Source: a virus
Length of the DNA stretch: 64,000 nucleotides
Direction: 5' to 3' (one strand)
Virus record (IMG/VR): IMGVR_UViG_3300005613_000004
Shown here: one piece after another, positions 53,418 to 61,654 of the stretch
How the letters are laid out: each line of letters begins with the position of its first letter
Numbering within the stretch: position 1 is the first letter of the stretch
Made by a program: the position numbers and the translations under genes
The notes under the pieces: model-generated
The model's database searches: none
Seen by the model: the letters and a program-made list of their open reading frames with translations, nothing else
What the model was told of the DNA's origin: nothing

Positions 53418-53617
53418 ATGATTATGTAAAATGGAATAAAATTCATTTCCCAGTAGAAGGATGGGTTTATTTTATTGATAATGATTATATTACAATTGAG
53501 ATCGCAGTTAAACCAAAGAATTGTAATAAAGGTACATCACATCAAATGGACCATACTTTAGTTTTATGTCATAGACAATATTGGAATGAACTGATTTATG
53601 TGAAGAGTAGAGATTAA
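53399..53617 (+). CDS. Hypothetical protein
   Basis: ORF track. Confidence 0.65.
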   Translation: MYVPKLNDYVKWNKIHFPVEGWVYFIDNDYITIEIAVKPKNCNKGTSHQMDHTLVLCHRQYWNELIYVKSRD

Positions 53618-54318
53618 ACATATTTCCACATGTATCCTTTCCAAGTATAACGTCCATTACTTTTAAGTGCTCTGTAAAGACCACTTTTATCATCAGTTCC
53701 AACATCTCTTAATGCTGCGGCACAACTTTCAAAATAGTATTCTTTCCATGATTGTTTGTGTATTGCTTTAATAGGACGTTTTCTTGTTTTACCATCTACA
53801 CGTTTCCAACGATAACCATATGCTTTATATCCATGTTTTAATGCACGTATGATGTTAGTGTAACCAGTATTCTTTCCTGATACTTCTAATGCAGCTTCTT
53901 TAATACTATCCCAATAAACTTCTTCTCCAGTTTCTACATTTAATCCCATAATTTCAATACCAGTTCCTTTACCATTACCTCTGTATTCTGGATTCTGCCA
54001 ACCAATTAATTTCTTTTCTTTTGGTTCTTCTATTATAATTTCTTCTTCTATTTCAGTATCAACATCATATGCATTCAATTCTTTAATATAGTATTCTTTC
54101 TTTTCTTCTAACTCTATTTCAATACAATCACATATCTCTTTAGGCATAAAATTATGATTTTTATGTTTTCTCATTTCTCTATGTAAGAGTAAAGGTGACA
54201 TTCTCATTGCACTATCAATGTGTTGTTTCCATACTTTATTGATTGCTAATGTTGTCGCACCCACATAAGTTGTTCCATCTACTTTGTTGATTAGTTGGTA
54301 GATGATTCCCTGAGACAT
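53614..54318 (-). CDS. GIY-YIG homing endonuclease with NUMOD1-like DNA-binding repeats
   Basis: 'GIIYQLINKVDGTTYVGAT', 'E..YIKELNAY', two 'WDSIKEAA / FESCAAA..GY.W' modules. Confidence 0.82.
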   Translation of the reverse strand: MSQGIIYQLINKVDGTTYVGATTLAINKVWKQHIDSAMRMSPLLLHREMRKHKNHNFMPKEICDCIEIELEEKKEYYIKELNAYDVDTEIEEEIIIEEPKEKKLIGWQNPEYRGNGKGTGIEIMGLNVETGEEVYWDSIKEAALEVSGKNTGYTNIIRALKHGYKAYGYRWKRVDGKTRKRPIKAIHKQSWKEYYFESCAAALRDVGTDDKSGLYRALKSNGRYTWKGYMWKYV

Positions 54319-54493
54319 GGTTTTTTGTATTGAAGTGTCGTATAATATGTATTATAGAGTTTGCTCATGTGTTATGTTATTAGGATAAATCAGTCCCTGA
54401 GAACCAATATAAATAATGGGTTTTTTGTAGTTGAAGTAACTCCGGATATACTTGTGAGTAACTGTCAAGTAACCTCTGAGGAACTTTCTGTCT

Positions 54494-54577
54494 TTATCTC
54501 CTAAACCTCCGATCTTATCTCCTAAACCTCCGATCTTATCTCCTAAACCTCCGATCTTATCTCCTAAACCTCCGATC
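54494..54577. repeat. Perfect tandem repeat, 4 x 21 bp
   Basis: TTATCTCCTAAACCTCCGATC x4 in an intergenic region. Confidence 0.95.
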
Positions 54578-54703
54578 TCATGCAACCTAAGTCCGCAGGC
54601 TATCACACTCAGAGCACTTTGTCAATACCCCCCCACGAAAAAATTACAAAACCCACACATAAATTTTATGAATCTTATAAATATTGCTTATAAGAGACCC
54701 CCC

Positions 54704-54732
54704 TTGACGTGTGGCGGGTGATCGGTTATAAT
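54704..54732 (+). promoter_or_regulatory. Sigma70-type promoter
   Basis: TTGACG, 17 bp, TATAAT. Confidence 0.8.
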
Positions 54733-54762
54733 AACAAAGTACGAGATTCACCTACGAGACCT

Positions 54763-54951
54763 ATGTACGAGCACGACTACGAGTTTTCATACGAGTATAA
54801 CAACGAGTCTTATTCATACAATCTCGACGAGATGTGTGAGTACGCATCACAAGATATGCAATATAACATACAAGATTCATACGAGATTGATGATGAGTAT
54901 GCACGAGATTCATGTGATTACAACGAGATGGCATACAGACATTATGCATAA
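54763..54951 (+). CDS. Tyr/Glu-rich small protein overlapping the ACGAG repeats
   Basis: MYEHDYEFSYEYNNESY...; coding status uncertain. Confidence 0.45.
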   Translation: MYEHDYEFSYEYNNESYSYNLDEMCEYASQDMQYNIQDSYEIDDEYARDSCDYNEMAYRHYA

Positions 54952-55018
54952 CATATAGTGCTTGCGAGCATTATACATCTATGCTACAATACGTATTATC
55001 ATCACACGAGATTCACAC

Positions 55019-55177
55019 ATGTACACACAAGCACACAAACGTATGGTGAATGTAACACTTAATATCGAGTGTTATGAAGATCTAGACTTGGAGAATATCA
55101 ATTGGAATGATATTCTTGGTCTAGAAGGAGATGAGAATGTTGATATTAGCATCAAAGAAGTAGCAGATATCTTTTAA
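55019..55177 (+). CDS. Small hypothetical protein
   Basis: ATG at 55019. Confidence 0.55.
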   Translation: MYTQAHKRMVNVTLNIECYEDLDLENINWNDILGLEGDENVDISIKEVADIF

Positions 55178-55181
55178 ATTA

Positions 55182-55270
55182 CCAGTTCCCCAACTGTCAC
55201 ACGATGGTATTAGAGACCCTTATATAAGGCTTATAGAGAGTACTTATGAGTGTGACAGTTGGGGAACTGG
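55182..55270. repeat. Perfect 21-bp inverted repeat with 47-nt spacer
   Basis: CCAGTTCCCCAACTGTCACAC (55182-202) and GTGTGACAGTTGGGGAACTGG (55250-270). Confidence 0.9.
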
Positions 55271-55369
55271 CCTAAAACCCCTTGTAAACGCATTCGTGAT
55301 GGTTTATATTGGATTCGTGGTCGGGAAAGTAACATTTTTCTAACCACAAGTTGTTAACACTAACTGATC

Positions 55370-55651
55370 ATGAACTACACTCTCGAACAACTTCAAGAAC
55401 GAGTCAACACTTTGATCGAATTGCAGGGTAAAGATGCACCTTGTGCCGCATGGATTTACACCAAAGAAGATTGTCATCTGAAGGATGAAGATGGTGAGTT
55501 TGATTATGATAATGTTGTAGAAGATGCTGAAGTTCTTGAACGAATCTTCGATGATGTTGGCAACATTGATTACATCTATCAGGTAATTCAGGAATGTGTT
55601 GATGAAGTGACTGAAGAGCAACTTATGCAACAACAACAGGAGTTAGTTTAA
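55370..55651 (+). CDS. Early hypothetical protein
   Basis: ORF track. Confidence 0.7.
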   Translation: MNYTLEQLQERVNTLIELQGKDAPCAAWIYTKEDCHLKDEDGEFDYDNVVEDAEVLERIFDDVGNIDYIYQVIQECVDEVTEEQLMQQQQELV

Positions 55652-55740
55652 ACAATATGTGCCAATAGTTTTAGTGGCACAGTAAATGAGCACTGTGCCC
55701 AGAATCGTGTATTGTAGTTATGTCGTCAGGAATTCATTCA

Positions 55741-56007
55741 ATGCAAACTCTCTACAAAGTGATTGGTTTCGGTGAGAATGAGTTTGGTTTCTTCAATCAA
55801 AAGGCAGTAAGTTCTACCATTGGTTATGCTTCAGGAATCTACAGTGGAATGATTAATGACCCCGACTATATGGGTGCAGTGATTATTAAACAGGAGCATG
55901 AATCCTGGCAAGTGATCCTGGAGTTTGGCACTGAGAATATGTCAATCGAATGCGACACTTTTATGAGTTTCAGTGTCAAGAAAGCACCTGCCCTTGTGAT
56001 GGTCTGA
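55741..56007 (+). CDS. Early hypothetical protein
   Basis: ATG at 55741 after AGGA. Confidence 0.65.
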   Translation: MQTLYKVIGFGENEFGFFNQKAVSSTIGYASGIYSGMINDPDYMGAVIIKQEHESWQVILEFGTENMSIECDTFMSFSVKKAPALVMV

Positions 56008-56093
56008 CCATGTGACGGTCTGCAAGGTGTCCACTGTTTCCCCCACACCGTCCAATCCCGTGTATATTAAAAGAGTCAAAGCAAACGACACCA

Positions 56094-56285
56094 ATGAGCC
56101 CCAACTTCATCGAAACCAAGAATGTTATGACCCTCAAGGAGGGAATTGCACTTGTTGAAGCAAAAGGTTACACCTACCAAGGTATCAACGACCGTTACAA
56201 TCACTGCTACTATCTCCAATTCCGTTCTCCTGAGGGCATTAATACACTCCTCAGCAAGTGGGATATTGAGAACGACAACTTCTGA
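56094..56285 (+). CDS. Early hypothetical protein
   Basis: Behind a cassette promoter. Confidence 0.6.
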   Translation: MSPNFIETKNVMTLKEGIALVEAKGYTYQGINDRYNHCYYLQFRSPEGINTLLSKWDIENDNF

Positions 56286-56365
56286 GACAGTTGGGAGAGT
56301 GTCCACCATTCTCCCACAGCACCCCAGGATCGTGTATTGTATTCAAGTCGTCAGGAATCGAATCG

Positions 56366-56536
56366 ATGAAGACCATTCGGATTCAAGTTGAAACTTATGA
56401 CGGTTGTCGAACAATTTGGTATGAAAAGTCACGATTGAAGAATCCAACTGATGCAATTTGTAAGCGTGTTAATGAGCAACTTGCTGGATTGAATATTAAG
56501 CGAGTTGAAGTTAGTTTGGCTCCCGATACCGTGTGA
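56366..56536 (+). CDS. Early hypothetical protein
   Basis: ATG at 56366 after AGGA. Confidence 0.6.
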   Translation: MKTIRIQVETYDGCRTIWYEKSRLKNPTDAICKRVNEQLAGLNIKRVEVSLAPDTV

Positions 56537-56615
56537 CGGTCTAGAAGGTGTCACAAGGGGGATTGCGGAATCCCCCGATTGCTGCAATACTATCAATGTC
56601 GTCAGGAGTTCACCA

Positions 56616-56819
56616 ATGATTGTTCCTTTCTCTGAAGTTTGCGTTGGTTGTTCACTTGTTCTCAACAGAGAAGCAGGTGTGAAAGTATCATCTCGCACCG
56701 CAGATATTATTGTCGGTGAAGTCAATGGCAAGTCTATTTGGAAGAAAGTATGGGTGAAGCAGAAACAAGATGTAGTCATTGCTGATCCTAACGGCAATGG
56801 AATTGTCCTCACATTCTGA
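56616..56819 (+). CDS. Early hypothetical protein
   Basis: ATG at 56616 after AGGAG. Confidence 0.65.
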   Translation: MIVPFSEVCVGCSLVLNREAGVKVSSRTADIIVGEVNGKSIWKKVWVKQKQDVVIADPNGNGIVLTF

Positions 56820-56847
56820 ACACTAACTGTCCTTTTGCTATTTGATT

Positions 56848-56982
56848 ATGTTTGACGAAACTTGGACTGAGATTGTTGAAGCACCGGGTGAAATCTTCGA
56901 TGTCATTGAATATAAAGAAGAATGGGAGAAAGATGATAAGTTTGACGTAGAATCTTACATCAAAGGAAACACTGACTATTGA
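56848..56982 (+). CDS. Small acidic hypothetical protein
   Basis: Hand-read 44-aa ORF. Confidence 0.55.
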   Translation: MFDETWTEIVEAPGEIFDVIEYKEEWEKDDKFDVESYIKGNTDY

Positions 56983-57014
56983 TGTCTTTCGTATCAACTT
57001 TCTCCTATTCTAAA

Positions 57015-57173
57015 ATGAACACTAACCTGGAAATGCTGACTGCTCGTGAACAACTGATGGAGGATATTGATTGTATCATCACTGAATACTTTCAGGGTAT
57101 CGATGATGCTGAACTGAATCAAGTTACAGAGATTCTCTGTGATGCCGTCTGCCGTAACTTTCCCACTAACTGA
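57015..57173 (+). CDS. Small hypothetical protein
   Basis: ATG at 57015. Confidence 0.6.
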   Translation: MNTNLEMLTAREQLMEDIDCIITEYFQGIDDAELNQVTEILCDAVCRNFPTN

Positions 57174-57178
57174 CAACA

Positions 57179-57379
57179 ATGCAATTCCAAGTTACTGAAA
57201 TCGAGTTTGATTTTGATGATGAATTTGGACCTTATCCTGAAGAGGAAAAACAGGGTGCAATCAATCAAACGATAACAACAATTTGGGAAGCAGATGATGA
57301 AGATGATCTAATCGAAGAGATCACATCTGCATCAGGTTGGTGCATCAAGTCCATCGATTACCGTCACATTCTTAACTGA
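57179..57379 (+). CDS. Hypothetical protein
   Basis: 'WEADDEDDLIEEITSASGWCIKSIDY'. Confidence 0.7.
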   Translation: MQFQVTEIEFDFDDEFGPYPEEEKQGAINQTITTIWEADDEDDLIEEITSASGWCIKSIDYRHILN

Positions 57380-57384
57380 AACTC

Positions 57385-57558
57385 ATGAACCGTTCCGAAC
57401 TTCAAGATCAACTTATTCAACAAATCCTGGATGATATGGACATCAAAACAATGATGGCAATGTTGTATGATATGATGGATGAGAGTTATGATAAGTATTC
57501 TGAGAAAGAATTGATCGCAGAGGTAGAAGAATACTATCCACATATTCTGGAGGATTAA
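57385..57558 (+). CDS. Small hypothetical protein
   Basis: Hand-read 57-aa ORF. Confidence 0.6.
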   Translation: MNRSELQDQLIQQILDDMDIKTMMAMLYDMMDESYDKYSEKELIAEVEEYYPHILED

Positions 57559-57665
57559 TGTCACAAACTGAGTCGGGCGCCCGGACCAGTTGGATAAGTG
57601 TCACACAAAATGGGCACGACCCCCAAAATCGTGTATTGTATAGAAGTCGTCAGGAAAGAAACGCA

Positions 57666-57902
57666 ATGGCAACTCCAATCTTCACTCTCTCTCCCGAAAT
57701 GCAACAGTCTTGGGATTATGTCATGGGTCAAATGTTGTCCTTCGTTAATGACACAAATGCCGATGTAGATAGTGCCTATGATTTTGTATGTGAGCAACTG
57801 GATATTGATTCCTTTGTTGATAACGAAGCAGCATGGAATGACTTCTACACTTACTGGGAAGCAGCAGACAATCGTAACTGCACACAATACAACTTTGCCT
57901 GA
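57666..57902 (+). CDS. Early hypothetical protein
   Basis: ATG at 57666, behind a cassette promoter. Confidence 0.65.
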   Translation: MATPIFTLSPEMQQSWDYVMGQMLSFVNDTNADVDSAYDFVCEQLDIDSFVDNEAAWNDFYTYWEAADNRNCTQYNFA

Positions 57903-58162
57903 TGATAAGTTACACTGACCCCTGCACAATCGCACTTCAAACTGACAATCAACTTATGGCAATTCACGAAACCAAGTTTATTATCTCCGGTCGTTTTGAA
58001 CGTCCTAACGGTCACATTATGCGTGATGAGTTAGGTTACATTGCTACCACTAAAGAGGAGGCAATTGCTACATGCCAACGCAACAATCCTAACTTTCACA
58101 TTCACACTGTGAGAGAGGATCATAGTGTACCTGAAGTCGTGAAATTGCAACCCCTTTGGTAA
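57902..58162 (+). CDS. Hypothetical protein (start uncertain)
   Basis: ORF track. Confidence 0.55.
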   Translation: MISYTDPCTIALQTDNQLMAIHETKFIISGRFERPNGHIMRDELGYIATTKEEAIATCQRNNPNFHIHTVREDHSVPEVVKLQPLW

Positions 58163-58195
58163 CACTAACTCATTCATTCCTTCATTAACATCATC

Positions 58196-58357
58196 ATGCG
58201 TTATTCTGTTCACTGTCCATCTGCACCCTACGAAAATTCTTCTTTTGTTGATATCGACGATGCATGGAGTTTGTGTTTAGATCTCTCTGAAGAATTTGGT
58301 TATGCCGAAGTTCGTCAGGGTGATCATCTTCTAGGAAGTTACACAAACGGTCAGTGA
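58196..58357 (+). CDS. Small hypothetical protein
   Basis: Hand-read 53-aa ORF. Confidence 0.55.
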   Translation: MRYSVHCPSAPYENSSFVDIDDAWSLCLDLSEEFGYAEVRQGDHLLGSYTNGQ

Positions 58358-58692
58358 GTTTCTAACATCAACAATACTTACAAATCATGCTCGAATTTCT
58401 TCTTTCTGTTGCAACTTTGGTCGGTCAGGTTGATATTAATGCAACACAAACTCAATATGAGTTTTTGAATAACGACAACGTGATTACGACCATTGTTGTT
58501 GATAACTACACTCCATGAGTTTCTAACACTAACCGTATCGGTTCTCAAGTATTTTTATTATTGAGAACCGCGGCCGTAGGTGGGCAGTCGGCAAAGTGGC
58601 ACAATTTTTTGGCACGACCCCCAAAATCGACTATCTTAAGGAAGTGGAGGGGACAGCACCCCTCACGACCTCAGTCCTTTCTCTTCTCTCTC

Positions 58693-59040
58693 ATGCGTAA
58701 GATCGAATCCGAAATGATTGCTGCCGTTAAAGGTAACATCAACTGGAGCAAAGATAACACTTCCGTTATCATTGAAGATGGCGTTTCTAAGGTGTATCTT
58801 CATGGGAACAAAATTGCCGAGGTTGGTGATAACTTCCTCAAATTGTTCGATGGTGGATGGCAATCTAACACCACTAAGTCACGTTTGAATGCACTTCTCT
58901 CTGAGTTTGGTTACACTTGCGGAACAAAACGTGAGTATATTTTCCAGAAGCAATTTGAGTGGTTCATTCAAATGTTCGACCTGACAGAAGAGGCAATGCG
59001 GACTATTCCTTTCACCGACGGAATGCGTCTGGCAGGATGA
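58693..59040 (+). CDS. Early hypothetical protein
   Basis: 'VYLHGNKIA..GGWQSNTTKSRLNALL'. Confidence 0.75.
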   Translation: MRKIESEMIAAVKGNINWSKDNTSVIIEDGVSKVYLHGNKIAEVGDNFLKLFDGGWQSNTTKSRLNALLSEFGYTCGTKREYIFQKQFEWFIQMFDLTEEAMRTIPFTDGMRLAG

Positions 59041-59092
59041 CAACTTTGGGGGTTAAATTCCCCCTCAATTGTCTTCACCTTTCTTCTTCATT

Positions 59093-60007
59093 ATGACTCA
59101 AAACCTTCACATCGAACACCCCGAAGATACCATTCTCACAGGTGATCTTTCTGTCTTAGATTCTTTCCTCTCTGAGGGTCATCTTTCGGTCAAGATTGAT
59201 GGTGCTCCTGCTATTGTTTGGGGGACGAATCCTGCTAATGGAAAGTTCTTCGTTGGCACCAAATCTGTCTTCAACAAAGTTAAAATCAAAATCAATCATT
59301 CTCATGAAGAAATTGATCAGAACCACGTCGGTGAAGTTGCAACAATTCTGCACGATTGTCTTGATTGGTTGCCTCATACAGATGGCATTTTCCAAGGGGA
59401 TTTTATCGGTTTCGGTGGATCTGATGAATATACTCCCAACACAATCACATACAAGTTTCCAACAGTAATCGACCAAAATATCATCGTTGCTCCTCACACT
59501 TACTACACTGCAGAGAGTGACTTAAGGGATGCAATTGCACACCCGATGAAGTTCACTATCACCGACACAGTTTACTGTAAGTTCGTGAAACCCGTGGCAC
59601 GTATTTTCACTGGTGATTATGATGCCTGTGCGGGTGACTTTGGTGATCTTTCTGAAGTCATTCAGTTTGCTAAGGTAATGGCACAAACTGTGACCTTCGT
59701 GGATGATAAACAAGCAAAGAAGATTAAGCAACAATTGAATAAGTGTATTCGTGAAAATGCACCGATTGATGATAATGCTTTTGACTGTGATTACACACTA
59801 ATTGCATTCTGGAAATTAGTGCAATCTATCAAAGATGATGCACTCTATCTCTGCCGTAATAATGGTCCTGAAGCATACATCGGTCAGGATCGAATTGACT
59901 CCGAAGGTTATGTCTACTCCAATGAGTTCGGTACATTTAAGTTGGTCAATCGTCAGTCCTTCAGTGTTGCTAACTTCAACAACACTAAGTTTAAAACAGT
60001 ATCATAA
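59093..60007 (+). CDS. Conserved hypothetical protein with a KxDG nucleotidyltransferase/ligase-like motif
   Basis: 'HIEHPED', 'SVKIDGAP', 'FQGDF', 'EGYV', 'FKLVNR'. Confidence 0.65.
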   Translation: MTQNLHIEHPEDTILTGDLSVLDSFLSEGHLSVKIDGAPAIVWGTNPANGKFFVGTKSVFNKVKIKINHSHEEIDQNHVGEVATILHDCLDWLPHTDGIFQGDFIGFGGSDEYTPNTITYKFPTVIDQNIIVAPHTYYTAESDLRDAIAHPMKFTITDTVYCKFVKPVARIFTGDYDACAGDFGDLSEVIQFAKVMAQTVTFVDDKQAKKIKQQLNKCIRENAPIDDNAFDCDYTLIAFWKLVQSIKDDALYLCRNNGPEAYIGQDRIDSEGYVYSNEFGTFKLVNRQSFSVANFNNTKFKTVS

Positions 60008-60256
60008 GTCCATTCGTTCGTGAATCACCAGTTGGGGGGTATGTGCCCCCCTTATGTGTTGCCCGCCGTGCGTGATGCCCCCCCGTATATAAAAACCCCT
60101 AACTTCCCTAAGCTATAAACGACCCAATTAGACCTTTAAATATGAAATTCAAAGTTTTTTTTACAGTCCATAAAAAAAATCCGAGTATAAAAAAATCATC
60201 AAAAAGGTTCGATATTTAAAAATTCATATATAAAATCGAGAATAAAAAATATAGAG

Positions 60257-60427
60257 ATGGAAAAAAATCCGCAGGAAAATTTCACGACCATAGAGATCGA
60301 TCCAATAAGTGGGGAGCACTATATAAAAATTCCCGAGTGGATTTGTGATGAGAAGGGATGGTATGAGGGAGTAGAAGTAAACATCGAGGTTGAGAATGAT
60401 TGTATTATAATTCGTGATATTGACTGA
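60257..60427 (+). CDS. AbrB/MazE (SpoVT)-like small DNA-binding protein
   Basis: 'HYIKIPEWICDEKGWYEGVEVNIEVENDCIIIR' resembles the AbrB pattern I.IP..I...LG...G..V.I.......I.I. Confidence 0.6.
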   Translation: MEKNPQENFTTIEIDPISGEHYIKIPEWICDEKGWYEGVEVNIEVENDCIIIRDID

Positions 60428-60448
60428 TTATAGATAGAGTGTTATGAT
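60420..60448 (+). promoter_or_regulatory. Sigma70-type promoter
   Basis: TTGACT, 17 bp, TATGAT. Confidence 0.7.
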
Positions 60449-60470
60449 ACTGAAGTAACGACACTGAATT

Positions 60471-61232
60471 ATGGCAAAAGGATTTACTGTAAAAGCAAAG
60501 ACTCCACAAAAGTCTGATAATACTGAATCAGAATGGGATTACGATAGAGCAAAAGAAATGATAAAGGGTAAGGCTATTGTTTTTTGCCTACCTGGTAGAG
60601 GAGTATCTTATACTTATCTCAAAAGTTTTGTACAACTTTGTTTCGATTTGGTACAAGCAGGAGCAAGCATTCAAATTTCACAAGATTACTCCTCAATGGT
60701 CAATTTTGCACGTTGCAAGTGCCTTGGAGCAAATGTTCTCAGAGGACCGGATCAGATTCCCTGGGATGGAAAACTGAAGTATGATTATCAATTATGGATT
60801 GATAGTGATATTGTTTTCAATACTGAAAAATTCTATCAACTGGTTTTGATGGATCAAGACATTGCTGCTGGATGGTATTGTACTGAAGATGGAAAGACAA
60901 CATCCGTGGCACATTGGTTAGAAGAAGATGACTTTCGTAACAATGGTGGAGTCATGAATCATGAAACAATTGAGAGTATTTCAAAGCGTCGTAAGCCGTT
61001 CACTGTAGACTATACAGGATTTGGGTGGTTATTGATTAAGCACGGAGTCTTTGAGCACACTGAAATGAAGTATCCATGGTTTGCACCCAAGATGCAAGTC
61101 TTTGAGTCTGGAGAGGTTCAGGACATGTGTGGAGAGGATGTAAGTTTCTGTCTGGATGCAATCTCAGCAGGATTTGAGATTTGGTGTGATCCTCGTATTA
61201 GAGTTGGTCACGAGAAGACAAGAGTTATCTGA
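60471..61232 (+). CDS. GT-A-fold glycosyltransferase-like protein
   Basis: 'SSMVNFARCKC', DxD 'WIDSDIVF', 'VDYTGFGWLLI', 'GEDVSFC', 'DPRIRVGHEK'. Confidence 0.7.
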   Translation: MAKGFTVKAKTPQKSDNTESEWDYDRAKEMIKGKAIVFCLPGRGVSYTYLKSFVQLCFDLVQAGASIQISQDYSSMVNFARCKCLGANVLRGPDQIPWDGKLKYDYQLWIDSDIVFNTEKFYQLVLMDQDIAAGWYCTEDGKTTSVAHWLEEDDFRNNGGVMNHETIESISKRRKPFTVDYTGFGWLLIKHGVFEHTEMKYPWFAPKMQVFESGEVQDMCGEDVSFCLDAISAGFEIWCDPRIRVGHEKTRVI

Positions 61233-61396
61233 TGAAAGATCAGACAGAATATACAATTCTCTATCAGGGAAAAGTTTTGCATAAAAACTTGACGGAGGAA
61301 GAATATTTTGATATTATGGAGGACCTTTCGGTAGAGTATTATCAGAAAGGTTCTCCAAGACCTCAAGATCTTGAAACAAAAATCATTAAAGTATAA
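61232..61396 (+). CDS. Small hypothetical protein
   Basis: Hand-read 54-aa ORF. Confidence 0.6.
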   Translation: MKDQTEYTILYQGKVLHKNLTEEEYFDIMEDLSVEYYQKGSPRPQDLETKIIKV

Positions 61397-61404
61397 GGAG
61401 TATT

Positions 61405-61554
61405 ATGGCAGTTCGTTCTAAGGTTGGTTTGATTCGTGATGGTTTTGTGTCTGGTAAGCCTAAGAAATCTCGTCAAGGATCTGGTAAGCATACAAAGTAT
61501 GCTGCTACTTCTCGTAATGGAAAGCGTAAGGCTTATAGGGGTCAAGGACGTTAA
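61405..61554 (+). CDS. Small, highly basic protein (49 aa)
   Basis: AAGGAG RBS; MAVRSKVG..GKPKKSRQGSGKHTKYAATSRNGKRKAYRGQGR. Confidence 0.75.
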   Translation: MAVRSKVGLIRDGFVSGKPKKSRQGSGKHTKYAATSRNGKRKAYRGQGR

Positions 61555-61654
61555 AATAGCACGTTGGATACATAAAAATGGTAAGTCAAAACCTGACAAA
61601 CGATGTAAAGGTATTTTGACACCTAAAAAATCCGCAAAACGCAAGAAGAAAAAA

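Noticed and set aside
54352-54606. Minus-strand ORF with GGLGDKI repeats
   Set aside because: It is just the translation of the 21-bp tandem repeat, with no RBS or other coding support.
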